DNA of 64,000 bases, taken from assembly GCA_031835245.2 (NCBI GenBank), contig JAVKOQ020000038.1, forward strand, positions 1 through 64,000. The letters run 5' to 3'. A model generated the notes under the pieces. It was not told the DNA's origin and ran no database searches. It saw nothing but the letters and a program-made list of their open reading frames with translations. The translations under genes were made by a program, and so were the position numbers. The stretch comes from Balamuthia mandrillaris (taxonomy: Eukaryota). Below, one piece after another: positions 26,179 to 39,000 of this stretch (its first letter is position 1; every line of letters begins with the position of its first letter).

Positions 26179-26660
26179 GTGTCGACCAACCTGAGGAGTC
26201 TTCAAGAAAAAAGAAAGGAAACCACTTTTTTTTTTTGGGCAAGCGGAAAGGGATTGATCGTTGCAGTGAACTGTCTGCGTCTCTCTACGCTCTCTCTTCA
26301 TCCTGAACAGCCCTTTTTCTTCCCGCCTTTTTTTTTTGTTCGTCGAAGAGTTGGCTTTTGTAAGCGTTAAGAGGTACTTTTTTTTTGATTTTAATGTTTT
26401 TTATTTTATTGTAGTATGATTTCGATTGTGTAGCGGTTAAGATTTCACAAACTACAACGACTCCCAAATCTATGGTTACTTTACTTTGCTCACCAATGTT
26501 GCGTTGGCGAGATTACCTTTGGGTGTCAGTGTGTGTTGTTGAAACTGTGCTTATTTTGTTTTTTTAACAATGTTGATTTGTCATGGGTTTTTTTGCCTCT
26601 GCCTGCTCGATTGATTGATCACAAACTCATCACTTTTATTTTGCTTTACAGTGTAAAGCA

Positions 26661-27724
26661 ATGAGTGAACGCGCTTCCTCTTCGCCTTCGCGTCGTGGGG
26701 AAGGTGAGGAGAGTACACACCTCAACAAGAGAGAGGAGGAGGACTCACCCTACAGACGAGAGAAGTTCAGGTCAGAGCGTGACTCTCCCTCTTCGTCTGG
26801 CGGCAGCTTCAAAAGGGACAGAGGTAGGCCGGAAGGGGAGAGCGCTTCGCAATGGGAGGAGGAAGAAGAGCCTAACTCTCTCAAGAAACGTCGAGTGAGC
26901 GGTGCTGCAGAGGAGGAGAGCGAAGTGCGAAGAAGGGAACGAGACAGAGAGCGAGACAGAGACAGAGATAGCAGTAGACGAAGCAGAGATCGTGAGAGCT
27001 CTTCCGACCGAGATCGGAGGCGCCGAGAGAAAGACGCCTTCGGGAGGGATATCAGAGACAGAGATCATCGTGACAGTAGAGGCTATGAGAGAAGAAGAGG
27101 AATGGACGAGGATGATTATGAGGTGGACGCATTTGGAAGGGACAGAAGAGGAAGGAGGGACGATGACAGCCCTCCTCCGAGAGACAGATTCGGAGGAGAG
27201 GATGAGCGAAGCCCTCCCTACGGCAGGCGGAGATTTAACGATGACTATCACTATCCACGGTTAGTCACTCTGTTTCCCTCTCTTTCTCACTCTCACTCTC
27301 TCTTGCTAGCTCGCTTTCTTCCTTTCTCCCTCCCTCTCTTCTCGTGTTTCTTGCTGTTCATATTTTTAAAAAATCTATTCTCATGCTTAATGCTGTTTTT
27401 TTTTTTAAAAGGGGAGACTATATGAACACAATGCCAGGACGTGGTATAAGGGGAATGGGAGGACGGCGCCCTCCAATGAACCACATGCCTCCCATGCGTG
27501 GTATGTCGCGAGGCGGCTTTCTTGGTGGAGGTCTTCACAGGGGAGGTCTTTCTCGTCGTCCTTGGAATGGCAGCGATTATCCTTATCCTTCCGGTCATGG
27601 ATATGTTGATAACTACGATAGGTTTGCATTCCTTCGTTTTCTCTTAGTCTTCTCTTTGATTTTCTGTTCTGTTCTTTTATTCCCTCTTTTTCAATGTTCT
27701 CTTCTGTTCGTTTTCTTCCTTTTC

Positions 27725-27770
<46 letters not shown>

Positions 27771-30675
27771 TCTCGTTCGAACTCATTAATAAAAGTTTTC
27801 AAAATTACAGAGGAAGGCAAAGTGAAGACATGTATGACATGCCACTTAAATCCTACAAACAGTTTCTGTTGACGCAGGACGATAGCATCGGTCCTGACGA
27901 AGCAGCCAAAAAGTATGAAGAGTACAAAGAGGAGTACATGCGAAAACGATCCTTTGCCTTTTTCCAGGAACACAAAGACGAGGAATGGTTTCAAGAAAAG
28001 TACAAACCGGAAGTATTGGAAAGGAAGAGAAAGGAGAAGATGGAAAGGGCTCAACACAACACCAAAATTTTCTTCGAACAACTCGAGAGTGGATTTGATT
28101 ACAGCCTTGATGCTTCTGAGTCATCTTCCCCTGAAACAAGCCATAATCAAGGTAAATTTTATTTTTTGTCTGCATTTTCGTTCTTCTGCGTTATTCTGGT
28201 GGTGATGAATTACAAGTGAAAAGACAAGCATATGTCTGAACTCATCATGTGGATCACTTTATTCAATCTGAGCTTTTCTTCTTCCTCTCTTTTTCTCCTC
28301 CTCTTTTGTTTTTCTTTGCTCATTGACAAATTTTGAAAAATAATTAGACTCGAAACCAGAGGACGATGGTGACAAGAATGAGAAAAGCAAACACGAAGAA
28401 GAAGAAGGTGAAGTTGGTTCGAGTCAACAAGCTGAAAAGAATGGAGAGGAAGATGCGATGGAATCAGAAGGCGACGATAAACGTACTGTAAATGGAACAA
28501 AGAAAGAGAGCAAAGAGGAGGAAGAAAAATCAGAACAGTCTGAACAGAAGGAAGGAGAAGAGAAGCCACGATTGATATCCACCAAACCTGCCAATCCTCG
28601 AACGCTAAGCAGCGGAAAACTGGACATCTCGCTGAGCGACCTCTCCTTTGAAAAGAAGCCGAAAAAGAATTTTAATGCTCCACGAGTGTACGACATACTC
28701 CTCTATTTTTATTTCATCTTTTGTCGTTTCTTTTTTCTCGTTATTGTCACTCACTTAATTTTTGTGGATTTTGTTACTAGTGTGGAGGCACCCAGAGAAC
28801 CCTATAAACTGTTTATCAAAGGCATCCCTCCTTCATGTACCAAAGCAGAACTGAAGGATGTGCTGACGAAAGCAAAAGGCTTTACCAAGCTCGTCCTCTC
28901 AGAACCCATGAAATATAAGAACTTTTCTCGTTTGGGCTGGGCTGTCTTTGATAACAATGACAACATGAGATCAGCTTTACACGAGTTCAACGGACATAAA
29001 GTAAAATTCTCTCTCTTACTCTTCTATCTTCTGTATTAAATGAAACTCTAATATTTGTTTCCATAATAGATGAAAGGCTTTGATTTGAAGCTTTCTCTCA
29101 CCAAGCGGCACGGCAGAGAAGAAGAGAGTTCAAAGTACAATTACACGCCGCCTAAGGCTGCTGAGGAGGAACGCATCTCCAAGGATGTTGAGGCTACACT
29201 CGCTCTCATCAAAAGCTACGATGAACAACGAGAGATTCAGGAGAATCCTCTTCTCTCTGAAACAAATCCGGATGAGGTACCTTCTTTCTTGGCATGCATT
29301 TCTTTCTTTTTCCTGGTGAGCTAATGATCTGCTAAACAGTCATTGAAAGACCGGTTAGACAAGAACATCGCCTATCTTCGCAAAGTACACTCCTTTTGTT
29401 ATTACTGTGCGGAGGAGTTTGAGGACGAAGAGGAACTGACGAGGCAATGCGGTGAAAAGCATTTGCGAGGCAATCGAGGAACACATGCTGCTGATATTGC
29501 TGAGAATGGTATCTTTTTTTTTTCGAGTGGCTTCTATTTTTAAATGTAACGCTAATGCATGCTACTCATTTTTGGTTTGTTTTTCTTTTTTCGTGCAGAT
29601 TGGGTTGCTCAGTTGGATGCTAAAATTACAAGTCTTTTGGAGTCTCCTCCGGACCCTGACATATACACGGGAAAGAAAGTAGTTGAGGAGTACGTTTCTC
29701 TTTCAACGTTCTTCTTTCTTCTTGTTTTTGTATTCACTATTTCGTTTTTTAAATAGGAAAACGGAGGAATTTTTGAACGATCATGTGGTGAAACAAGACG
29801 AAGAGAAATATAGGTGTGCCATCAGAGAATGCTCCAAACTTTTCTGCGGGGCTAACTTTGTCAAAAAGCATCTTCGATTAAAACACTCTGATCTCCTCAA
29901 GCAGGCCATCGAGAAGGTTTCCTATCTCTCCTTCTCTTCTGCTTTCTTGTATTGCAACAACTGAAAGTATTCATTTTTTTTTAATTTGGCTAAAAAGGCG
30001 ACTGAAAGTCAATACTTTAATAACTATATGAACGATCCTCGGCGCATAGAGCCCAATTTACCAGAGCCTGGTGGGGGCGGTGCTTCCTCCTCGTCAGCCT
30101 TGCTCGCCGCTTCGCCAACCAGCGGCGGCAGTCGTCACAGCCGCCTGCCTATCTCTCCACCACCTGTCACAATATCTCACACCCCTCACCCTCCTCCTGT
30201 CTATCCTCCGGGCCACCTCACCTCCGAAGCCGTCAACGCAGGCCTCATCAATCCTTTCGATCTCTCACCCTCTTCTCCCTCTGCTGCTCCTTCCGCCACA
30301 AATACATTCATAGACACTCCTCGCCCTGCTCCTTTTCCGCGCCACCCTCGCAGTGCCCCACCTCTCTCCGGCCCTCCTCCTTCCTCCTTGTTTCGAGGCG
30401 GCGGTCGTGGCGGTCGACGCCATCACCACCCCCCACCCTTTGGCGCCACACCCATCGTCAGCTTTGGCAGCCCCTCGGCTCCCCCGCCGGGCTTCGCGCC
30501 GGACCCGCGGGCCGCCACCTCGCTGCGGCAGTACGTGGACCTGGACGCTCCCGCGGAGGATGTGCCTATCATCGACTACCGCACGTCCATCGATTATGGA
30601 GACCTTGACGCTGCTTCGACCGGAAGTTCCTCTTCTTCTTCTTCTTCCTCTTCTGCGGACGCCAGCAAGGATTGA
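26661..30675 (+). CDS. SRRT: SERRATE/ARS2 RNA effector, multi-exon
   Basis: RD/RS-rich N-terminus; LKSYKQFL..DDSI...YEEYK...FFQEHKDEEWFQEKYKP; RRM; LDKNIAYLRKVHSFCYYC; C2H2 finger KYRC...CSKLF..FVKKHLRLKH; YFNNYMNDPRR; DPR...YVDLDAP. Confidence 0.95.
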
Positions 30676-30745
30676 AGCGAGCGATCATTATTGTTTTTTG
30701 TTATTTGAAGAATATAGAACAAAGACACCAGCCCAAAAGGTCTTG

Positions 30746-31423
30746 TTAGGTGCGAAGGTTACCCCTGGGCTTGTACTTCTTGGCCTCCTCCAGTTCCCTC
30801 TCCAACCACCAAAGGGCGCCCTGCGCTTCGCCGCCGGCCTTTTGCGCCTTTCTCACAGCGGCCTCTGCGGTGAGCAGCGCCCTGTTGAGGGCCGTGTTGT
30901 CCTGGGTGAGCAGCTGGGAGAGCTCGTTCTTGGCCTGCATGGCCTTGACGCCGCTCCCCTGGGCGAGCCTCTCCAGCTCGGCCTTCCTCGTCTCGATCTT
31001 GTTGATCTCCGTTTGGACGGCCTCCAGGGCCTCCTGGGCTCTGACCAGCTCCTCGTTGGTGCCCTGAGGCCGGGAGAGCAGCTCGTGAACGGTCTGGCCG
31101 TACTTGCAGACGAGGTACTCGATGAGGCTCATCCTTTTGTGGCGGTTGAGCCCGAGCTCGCGCAGCATGTCCCTCATCTTGACCACCGTCTGGGTCTCCC
31201 CCCAGAACTCCAGGAACCTGTGGGCGTTGAACTCATCCAGGTCGTTGCCCTCCTTCTTCCTCTCGAGGTCCAGCTCCTGGAACTTCTCCACGCTCTGCCA
31301 GACCTTCTCGGCGTCGTTGCGGCACTCGGCCCAGAAGGCGTTGAGGAAGAAGATGGCCTGGTCCTTGTAGCGCCTGGCGATGACTTCCTTGAACCTTTCC
31401 AAGTCGGAGGAGGCGCCCTGCAT
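30746..31423 (-). CDS. abpB: Calcium-regulated actin-bundling protein (34 kDa ABP34-like), intronless
   Basis: FFLNAFW, LDEFNAHRFLE..GETQTV, SLIEYL, SGVKAMQAKNELSQL, LNRALLTAEAAVR, QGALWWLERELEEAKK; strong GC3. Confidence 0.85.
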   Translation of the reverse strand: MQGASSDLERFKEVIARRYKDQAIFFLNAFWAECRNDAEKVWQSVEKFQELDLERKKEGNDLDEFNAHRFLEFWGETQTVVKMRDMLRELGLNRHKRMSLIEYLVCKYGQTVHELLSRPQGTNEELVRAQEALEAVQTEINKIETRKAELERLAQGSGVKAMQAKNELSQLLTQDNTALNRALLTAEAAVRKAQKAGGEAQGALWWLERELEEAKKYKPRGNLRT

Positions 31424-31832
31424 GCTTTTCGATTTGCTATAGTGTGTGGTCACTGTGGTGGATGTGTTATGTGTGTGACGGAGAATAACGATAATATAAT
31501 TATTTTTTTTGGATTGTTTTTGTTTTTATTACAAAAAATTGAATAAATATTTTTGGGTTGCTCAGTAACAACCAATCGGAACACGAAATATTTGAATCGA
31601 TTAATTTTTTTTTCGGGAGGGACAGCGAAGCACAAAACCAGCACCAATGGAGAACAAATTCTTCAGAAATGGATGACATCGGAGAATATATCCGCTGATT
31701 GTAAACCAATACGAGAAAATTTTGTCTTTGCCATTGTCGCAAAGGGGTGAGGAGCGACCGAGGATCGATTCCAGCCCTACTTTTTCCTCTGCCGTTTCTA
31801 ACAGCACATTAAGGGTAAAAAGGAAAACGAAG

Positions 31833-34800
31833 ATGATACGGGAAGAAGTGGACCAATGGGTGGTCCTTCAACGAAACAAGTCAAACAAAAAGAAGAGAGA
31901 AAGTCCACCAGCTTCCAAGCTGTCCCGAAGGTTGCCTCCTAGTCACTCGGTTTATTTTGGTTTGTTGGTATGTGTGCTGTTTGAAGCATTGAATAGTTCT
32001 GTCTAAGAAGGTGCGGAACTGCACTTCCTCCCTTTTCTCTCTTTTTTTGTTCTTTCTTCTGACTAACTTGCATCTCCTTTCTTTCTTTTTCTTTCTTGTT
32101 TCTTCCTTCCTTCTTTCTTCAAACTTTCTTCTTTTGCTGCATCTTCTTCTTATCAGCAACGAAACCCAAAAAAAAATAAGAGAAAAACAAAGTCTTTGCA
32201 GTTTGTTGGAGCCCCAACAGCATGGATGGAGGGAATAATAATACCACCATGATGACCGGCGCCATGATGTCCGGCTCGCTGCGCTTGTATGGCGTGCTGA
32301 GAGGGGGAGCGGCTGAGCTCCTCGTCAAAGAGGAGAAGTCCAACGCCCACCATGAAGGCTCTGCTGCCCTGCAAATGGCAAAGACTACCACAACCAATGG
32401 AAGGGTGCTTACGGGTGTGTAAAACAACTAGCTTTCCTTCTCTTTCTCTTTCGTCCTTTCTCTTTCTCTTCTGTCGTTTCTCTTTCGTCGTTGCTCTTTC
32501 GTCGTTTCTCTTCTTCGCCCTTCTCTGCTTCTAGCTTCGCTCCACTTAAAAAAAAAAAACAGTGGCATGCATACAAATGCACAGCAAGAACGAGGACATG
32601 GACGGCAACTTCTTGCGCGCTCACAAGCTGGTCCGCAAGGCAGCCGCCAGCGGGGCCAAGCTAGTGCTTCTACCCGAGCTGATGGCAGCTGGCTACCTTC
32701 TCTCAGAGCGTGTGTGGCGCTATGCGGAGCCCTCTTATGATGGACAGACTCAAACCTTTCTCAAGTACTTGTCCAACAAGTACGACATCTACGTTGGGAC
32801 CACTTTCTTGGAGGCCGATGAGGATGGACAGTTTTGGAATACGTTCCTATTGCATGGACCTCCCAATGCCACTGAATACGGAAGAGTGAGGAAGATGCAT
32901 GCTGCCTCCTTTGAGGCTTTCTATTTTAAAGCTGGCTCTCTGCAACAACCTAAAGTCTTCGATACTCCTCTGGGTCGTCTTGGTTTGTTCTCTCTCTGCT
33001 CTCTGCTCTCTGCTCTCTGCTCTCTGCTCTCTGCTCTCTGCTCTCTGCTCTCTGCTCTCTGCTCTCTGCTCTCTGCTCTCTGCCTCTCTGCTCTCTGCTC
33101 TCTGTCTCTGCTCTCTGCTCTCTGCTCTCTGCTCTCTGCTCTCTGCTCTCTGCTCTCTGCTCTCTGCTCTCTGCTCTCTGCTCTCTGCTCTCTGCTCTCT
33201 GCTCTCTGCTCTCTGCTCTCTGCTCTCTGCTCTCTGCTCTCTCTCCTCTTCGTCCTCTATCTTAGCTCCCTCTTCTCCCTTCTATTTTCCCATCGTTTTG
33301 AGCTCTTCAAAACTAATTTTTGTGTTTGTAGGTGTAAATATTTGCTTTGAAAACTTTCTCTATGAGATGGTGAGGCCATTGACAGAACAATCGATAGACC
33401 TACTCCTGATGCCCTTTTCTTGTCCTTCGCCAGATCCTGGCAACCTCCCTTTCCTTAATTCAACCTGCGACTTGTTCTGCAAGTTCTTGACCAGCATGGG
33501 ACCTACGCTCGCAAGCATGGTCCGTTTCTCTGTTCTTTTACCGTTGCCATCTCCTTCTCTTCTTTCCTTGTTTTTCTTCCAGTATTTCTGATTTTCTATT
33601 TAAAACAACAGTTAAAAGTGCCAACGATGTATTGCAACAAAACAGGGGAATGGTCATCACCGCTACCACTTGTAGGCATTGTCATCAAGTCCAGCTTTCC
33701 CGGCGGTTGCACCATCTGCAATAACAAAGGAGAGATCCTTAGCCGTGGTCCCGTCATGACCAACGAGGAATGCGTTGTGCTAGCCGACGTCGAATTAGGC
33801 CAATGTTCTTCTTCTTCTTCTTCAAATCCAAAGGAAACTACAAATATCCCTTGTTTTGCGGGTCGTTATGTGGTGCCCATTCCATGGGCCATCAAACGAA
33901 CCATCTTCATGGCTGAGTTTGGAGGCAGTCATTGCTATCGTCTTAATCCAAGAAGAGCAGGCACGGCCGAGCGCCAAGCCGTCAAGCCACATACCCTCAC
34001 CTTTGAACAACTAGATGTACAGGAAGCAACGTTGTTGATAGCTAAAAAGGATCGACGAGGTAGAAGCGGAATACGTGCTCGTACATCACATGGCAAAAAG
34101 GAAGAAGGAGATGCAAGGGAAGATGAAGAGAAGGAAAGCAAGAAAGCGAAGACGCGGATCAAGGATACGACTGCTGATTTGGGAGAGGAATGTTTCACTT
34201 CCACGGCAGTTGTTGCGAATGAGTACTTTCTACTTCTGCTTTTAGTATTTCTTTTATTTGAAGTCTCACTTTCGCTATGACAATAGAGTGATGAAAAACT
34301 GTTTTGAAACAGATTACTCCGAAACAGAAACGGAACAGGAGGAGGAGGAGGAGGAGGAAGAAGGAGAAGGTGAAGGACCCAACCTTGAAAATTATCACCG
34401 CAAACGAACATGGTTCAAGAGGAAAACGAAGCTATCAGAGATCGCTTCTGGGGCAGAAATGTTTACAGGTTTTGAAATAGAACGAGACAAGAGGTATTCT
34501 TCTCGGCATTCAAGAAGCAACAACCAACCAAAAAGCAGAAGAAGAAAAAATCGCAATTATTTTCACTCTGATCCTCTTTCTGGTCATCGAGGCAAGAAAA
34601 GAGGTGATGGCGGCGAAGATAACCACTCGCCTTCCAAGATTCGAGTGGTAAGAGACGATGTTGAAAGAAGAGAAGTGAAGGAAGGACGGAAGACAACATC
34701 TTCACCATCGTGCATGCCACGCTTACGGTTGAGTCTTGGGGCAAGTCTCAGGTTCAGCTTGAAAGGTGCTTTCTTGTTCTTTTCATTTTCTTTCTTGTTT

Positions 34801-35905
34801 GCTTTCTCTCTCTCTCTCTCTCTCTCTCGCCCCCCTAAAATATTTTGGCTTTTAAAAGGTATGAAAGGACGGAGGAAGTTTGAACTGAAGTCAGAAGACC
34901 AAAGCAGTAGAGGACAAAGAAGAAAAACTGTTAGTGGGAGAAGTGGAAAAAGCAACAACGAAAACAACCAGCCAAAGACAAACCACAGCAACACTAACAG
35001 TCCATCTGGAAGACGTCGGATGAGCATGACGGAAGAAGGGCATTCAACACTTTCATTCGACGGAGGACTCAACGAAACAGCTGTAGGAGAAGAATCCTAC
35101 GCAACAACGTCAAGAAGAGACGAAAACAACCCCAGTTTTACTTCATCAAGCGGAAGACGTTACTCTGATTCCTGTCTCTACTTAATGACTATCGATAGTG
35201 ATGAAGATGTAAATAGTGAAGACGAAGAAACTGTTGGACTTCAAGAACGCCTTCAGGCTACACAATTGCTCTATGCCAGATTGGCAAGCGGCAGTTCGTT
35301 GTTGTTGGAAACTATGTCTACTGTACAGTTGGAAAATGAAGAGGAACTGGAAGAACTAACACGAGAACTTAAGCAAAAAGGAGAACGAGAAGAGAAAAAG
35401 ATAGACAAAGGAAAGGAAAAAGAAAAGGAAAAAGCAAGGGAGCATAGGGGTGAAGACGAAAACGAAAATTCCAAGTATGTAATAGAAGATTTTGGAGATG
35501 AATGTTGGTCAGGGTCATCACACGACAGCGACGAAGAACATCAACATCAACGCCACCAACACCAAAAAGAAATATTGAATGGAATGGAAGTGTTGGGAGC
35601 AGATTCGTTGAGTCATATTCAAGGCACCATTTGCAGCAGCCTTCAGAACCGCCGACTTACCGAAGAAGATCTTGCTCATCCCTTGGCTCGTTCCCTGTGT
35701 GCCGAGTAAAAAATATGGAAGAAGAAAAAAAATCAAGTAAAGCTTCAGCTCTTTCCTTATTCGCGTGCTTCTCTCTCTCTCTCTCTCTCTCGCTTCTCTT
35801 CATCTTATAATTATTTTTTTTTCGTTCAACAGAAAAAGCACTGTCACAAAGCGTCACGAGAGAGCGAATTGCAACTGCCAACATTCATCACCAATGCTTT
35901 TGTGA
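31833..35905 (+). CDS. Carbon-nitrogen hydrolase (nitrilase superfamily) with long low-complexity C-terminal extension, multi-exon; both ends uncertain
   Basis: Spliced GRVLT-VACIQM; catalytic triad LPEL (Glu), RKMH (Lys), ICFEN (Cys). Start could be 31833, 32222 or 32374; stop could be 35709 or 35905. Confidence 0.8.
32988..33243 (+). repeat. Intronic heptamer satellite (CTCTGCT)n, roughly 35 copies
   Basis: Near-perfect tandem 7-mer inside a nitrilase intron. Confidence 0.95.
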
Positions 35906-36048
35906 TGAATGTTGTTTTTCAACTGGTGACAACGGGTGACACTCTCCTGCTCTTTATATTTTCTTGTTATCCAAGAATAAAACATAACATTAACTCGCAA
36001 ACATAACAGCAAAAGCAGCAAACAGACAAAGCTAGAGACAGAACAGAA

Positions 36049-39000
36049 ATGTATCAGCATCTCCTTGCCGTTGTATTATTTGTGTTGCTGGGGTGGAATG
36101 CACCTTATGTGGTTCATGGTGAAGACTTGGAATGGAACCAGCTCGTTACAGGATCGTTCGTTAAGCCATTTATCGCTGTTTATAGGGCCTCTGCAGATGA
36201 AGCATGGTTTCTTGGAGAGAGCCAAATCACTTCACCTCTCGTTTTTGACTTTGGTGCGCCCCACCTTCTGCAATTGTTAAATGTACTCAGTTTTCTTAGT
36301 CCTTTTTTTCGTTTAAAACAAAAGCTACCAAATCCACTAGAAGAGTGACAACAACGGGCACCATTCCCACCTCCTCTTTAAACCATTTCTCAGGAGGCAT
36401 CATCGGCAACAAGCTCTATCTTTTGAGTGGTAGACAGGGATCGACCACATCGAAGCCACAACTTTATGTCTTGGGTAAGCAAAAGATCGCTCTGTTGCTT
36501 ACAGTTATTGACACTTGCCTTAACCGCTGATAGATACGGATACTCTGGTGTGGAGCCAGTTGGCAAACCTAGCATGGCATCGTGCTGGTCATGTGGTATT
36601 GATTTTGGAAGAAGAAAAGAAGTTGTACGCATATGCTGGCTGGGTACCTATTGGCAATCTCTACTATGCCGACTTGTGGGAGTACTCAATAGGTTCTTCT
36701 CTCCCTTTTTTGCTTTTTTCCTTTGGGATATTCTTCTTTCCCTCTTCTCTATTCTAACGCCTTTATGTCGTATCGTTTCCAGACACCAATTCATGGACTG
36801 ATAGAGGCGACTACGGTTCCCCTTTGAAGCAGAGCGGAGGGGCTACGCTAGGCCAGTTCCTTTTCTTTCATGCTGGAGAACTTTCGACCGGCACTAAATC
36901 AAACCAGTTCATCCGCTTTAACGGTGGAGACAACAAATGGAGCGCTTTATCCCCATCTGCTCCTGCACCGTTGCTTGCGCGCAGCAATCACGGCATGTTC
37001 AGCGATGGGTCCAGTTTGAGCATTTGGATTGTTGGAGGATCCACCAATGATGTACATTATAGAGCTCGTTTCGGTGCTGTTGAAGACGTAGAACCAGAGA
37101 TTGATAGTTTTGGAGGTTCGTCCAGTTGCAGCGCAAACTTGATGGTTCATAAGCCATCAGGAAAGGTCATTTGCGGAGGTGTGTTTGTCTCCCTTACAGA
37201 GTGTTCGTTCTTATTGAGAGTTAACCTATTCCTTCAATACAGATACCAATGGCATTTGGGAAATAACCAGAAAATGTAACTATGCTTCTGGCTGTCCGCT
37301 TATAGTTTCTCCATCTTGTCCTTCCGCTTATCCATTCCGGTGATACCTTTTTTTTCTTGTCATCCTTTAATTCTCCCTATCTTACTCTATCAAACTACAA
37401 AAGGTGTGCTTCTCAGATGTGCGTCTCTGATGCTAACGAGTGTCGTGGGCTCAGAACGGATTGTGCTTCCGATGATATCACTTGTGTAAACGGTGATTGT
37501 GCTTCGTCTTGTGAGGAATGTACGATCAACGCCGTTCCGTGTCTATCTGGAGAGGTGATGTGCTGCGATGGTTCATGTCGTTCCAGTTATGACCTTTGTC
37601 CTTCAGCCATTTGTACCTCCGATTTACCATTTAGGTACGTACATTCATCGTGCTTCGTTCTTCTGCGTCTCATCGTGGCCTGATCTCCTCCAATCCTCGG
37701 TGTTGTTTATTCCCTCTTTGCTGACTTTGATATATCCGCTCTTTTTTGCTCTTCTTTATGCTTCTCTTACGGATTAAAGATGCGAAGACGGTTCGTGCAA
37801 AGCGGCACCAGCCGAATGTGCTGCTTCTCCCTGTGGAGGAGGGCGAATAGCGTGTGGAGATGGACAATGCGCAGAAGAGTCAGAATGCGAACGTTTATTT
37901 TGTCCAGTTTCTACCTTTCTCTGCCCATCCGATCTCAGCTGTGCTTCACAAGTACGTTTTTTTTTTTTTAGAAAAAAGCTCTTCCACCTCCCTTTTCACA
38001 TTCCTATTCTTACAAAATAGGAAGAAGGATGCGCTCGTGTTCAAAGCTACTGCGGTGCGGGTAAGGTCGTTTGTTGGGATGGAACCTGTGTCACCTCCAC
38101 TGTGATGTGCCCCACGCCCTGGCTGCTCGAGAAGATAGCCCCAATAACCGCACAACTGTATCCTAGCATTGATACTATCGTACGTACTTTATATTTGTGA
38201 TGCATCGCCATGTTTTTTGTTTGCTGAAGGGAGACATTCGTTGAAGGAACTTCCTATTGTTGCTTGGAACACGGATGCCACTCTCGGAAGGATCACAATC
38301 GACATAACTGTTATTCCTGATGCAAGCGTTATACATTTGAAGGAAGCAACCCTGGCGCTTGTCAACCAAGCCACACTTTCTGTTAATGAAGAAGATGGCG
38401 AGATCTTTGGTCCCTGCGTGGAGCTTTACATTGACTCTGATGCTTTGCCTTCTGTAGAGTTTATCCGTTTAGAATTCTTGGTTGAACCGGCTTCAAACCT
38501 GGTTAGTTATGTGTTGTACTATTTTGTGTTTTTTCTTTTTCTCACTTATACGCCTCTTCTTTTCAGAGGCAAAACCAATTTCGAGTTGCCCATCTGAACG
38601 AGGAAGCAATGGAATGGACTCTATTACCCACCGAAACAAGCAAAACAGAGGATACCTCACAGGTGAAAATTTCGGCTTCAGTCGCTGTGGATGGCACTTT
38701 TTGTGTGGCCTACGTTGGAGACAAACGCCCGTTTCTTTCGCTGCTTGCACCGGCCGTATATACCATACATGGCTCCAGTGATCTTCAAGTAACTACCCTT
38801 ATTCTCTACTCTTGTAGTCCCTTCTCTCTCTTTTCGGTCTGACCTCTTTGAATTCCAAAAGGTCTATTTCTCTCTCTCCAGCCCAGTTTGGGACAAAGTG
38901 ACGGTTCCCTTTAGCATAACCGGAACCGCCCGAGAAGGAACCGACTATCGCCTCTTCACCGAATCAAGAAGTCCTGCCATCTTCGAAGCGGGCTCTTCCT

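Noticed and set aside
32899..33591. (SALCSLL)n leucine-repeat protein
   Set aside because: Heptamer DNA satellite within a nitrilase intron; it reads the same in several frames.
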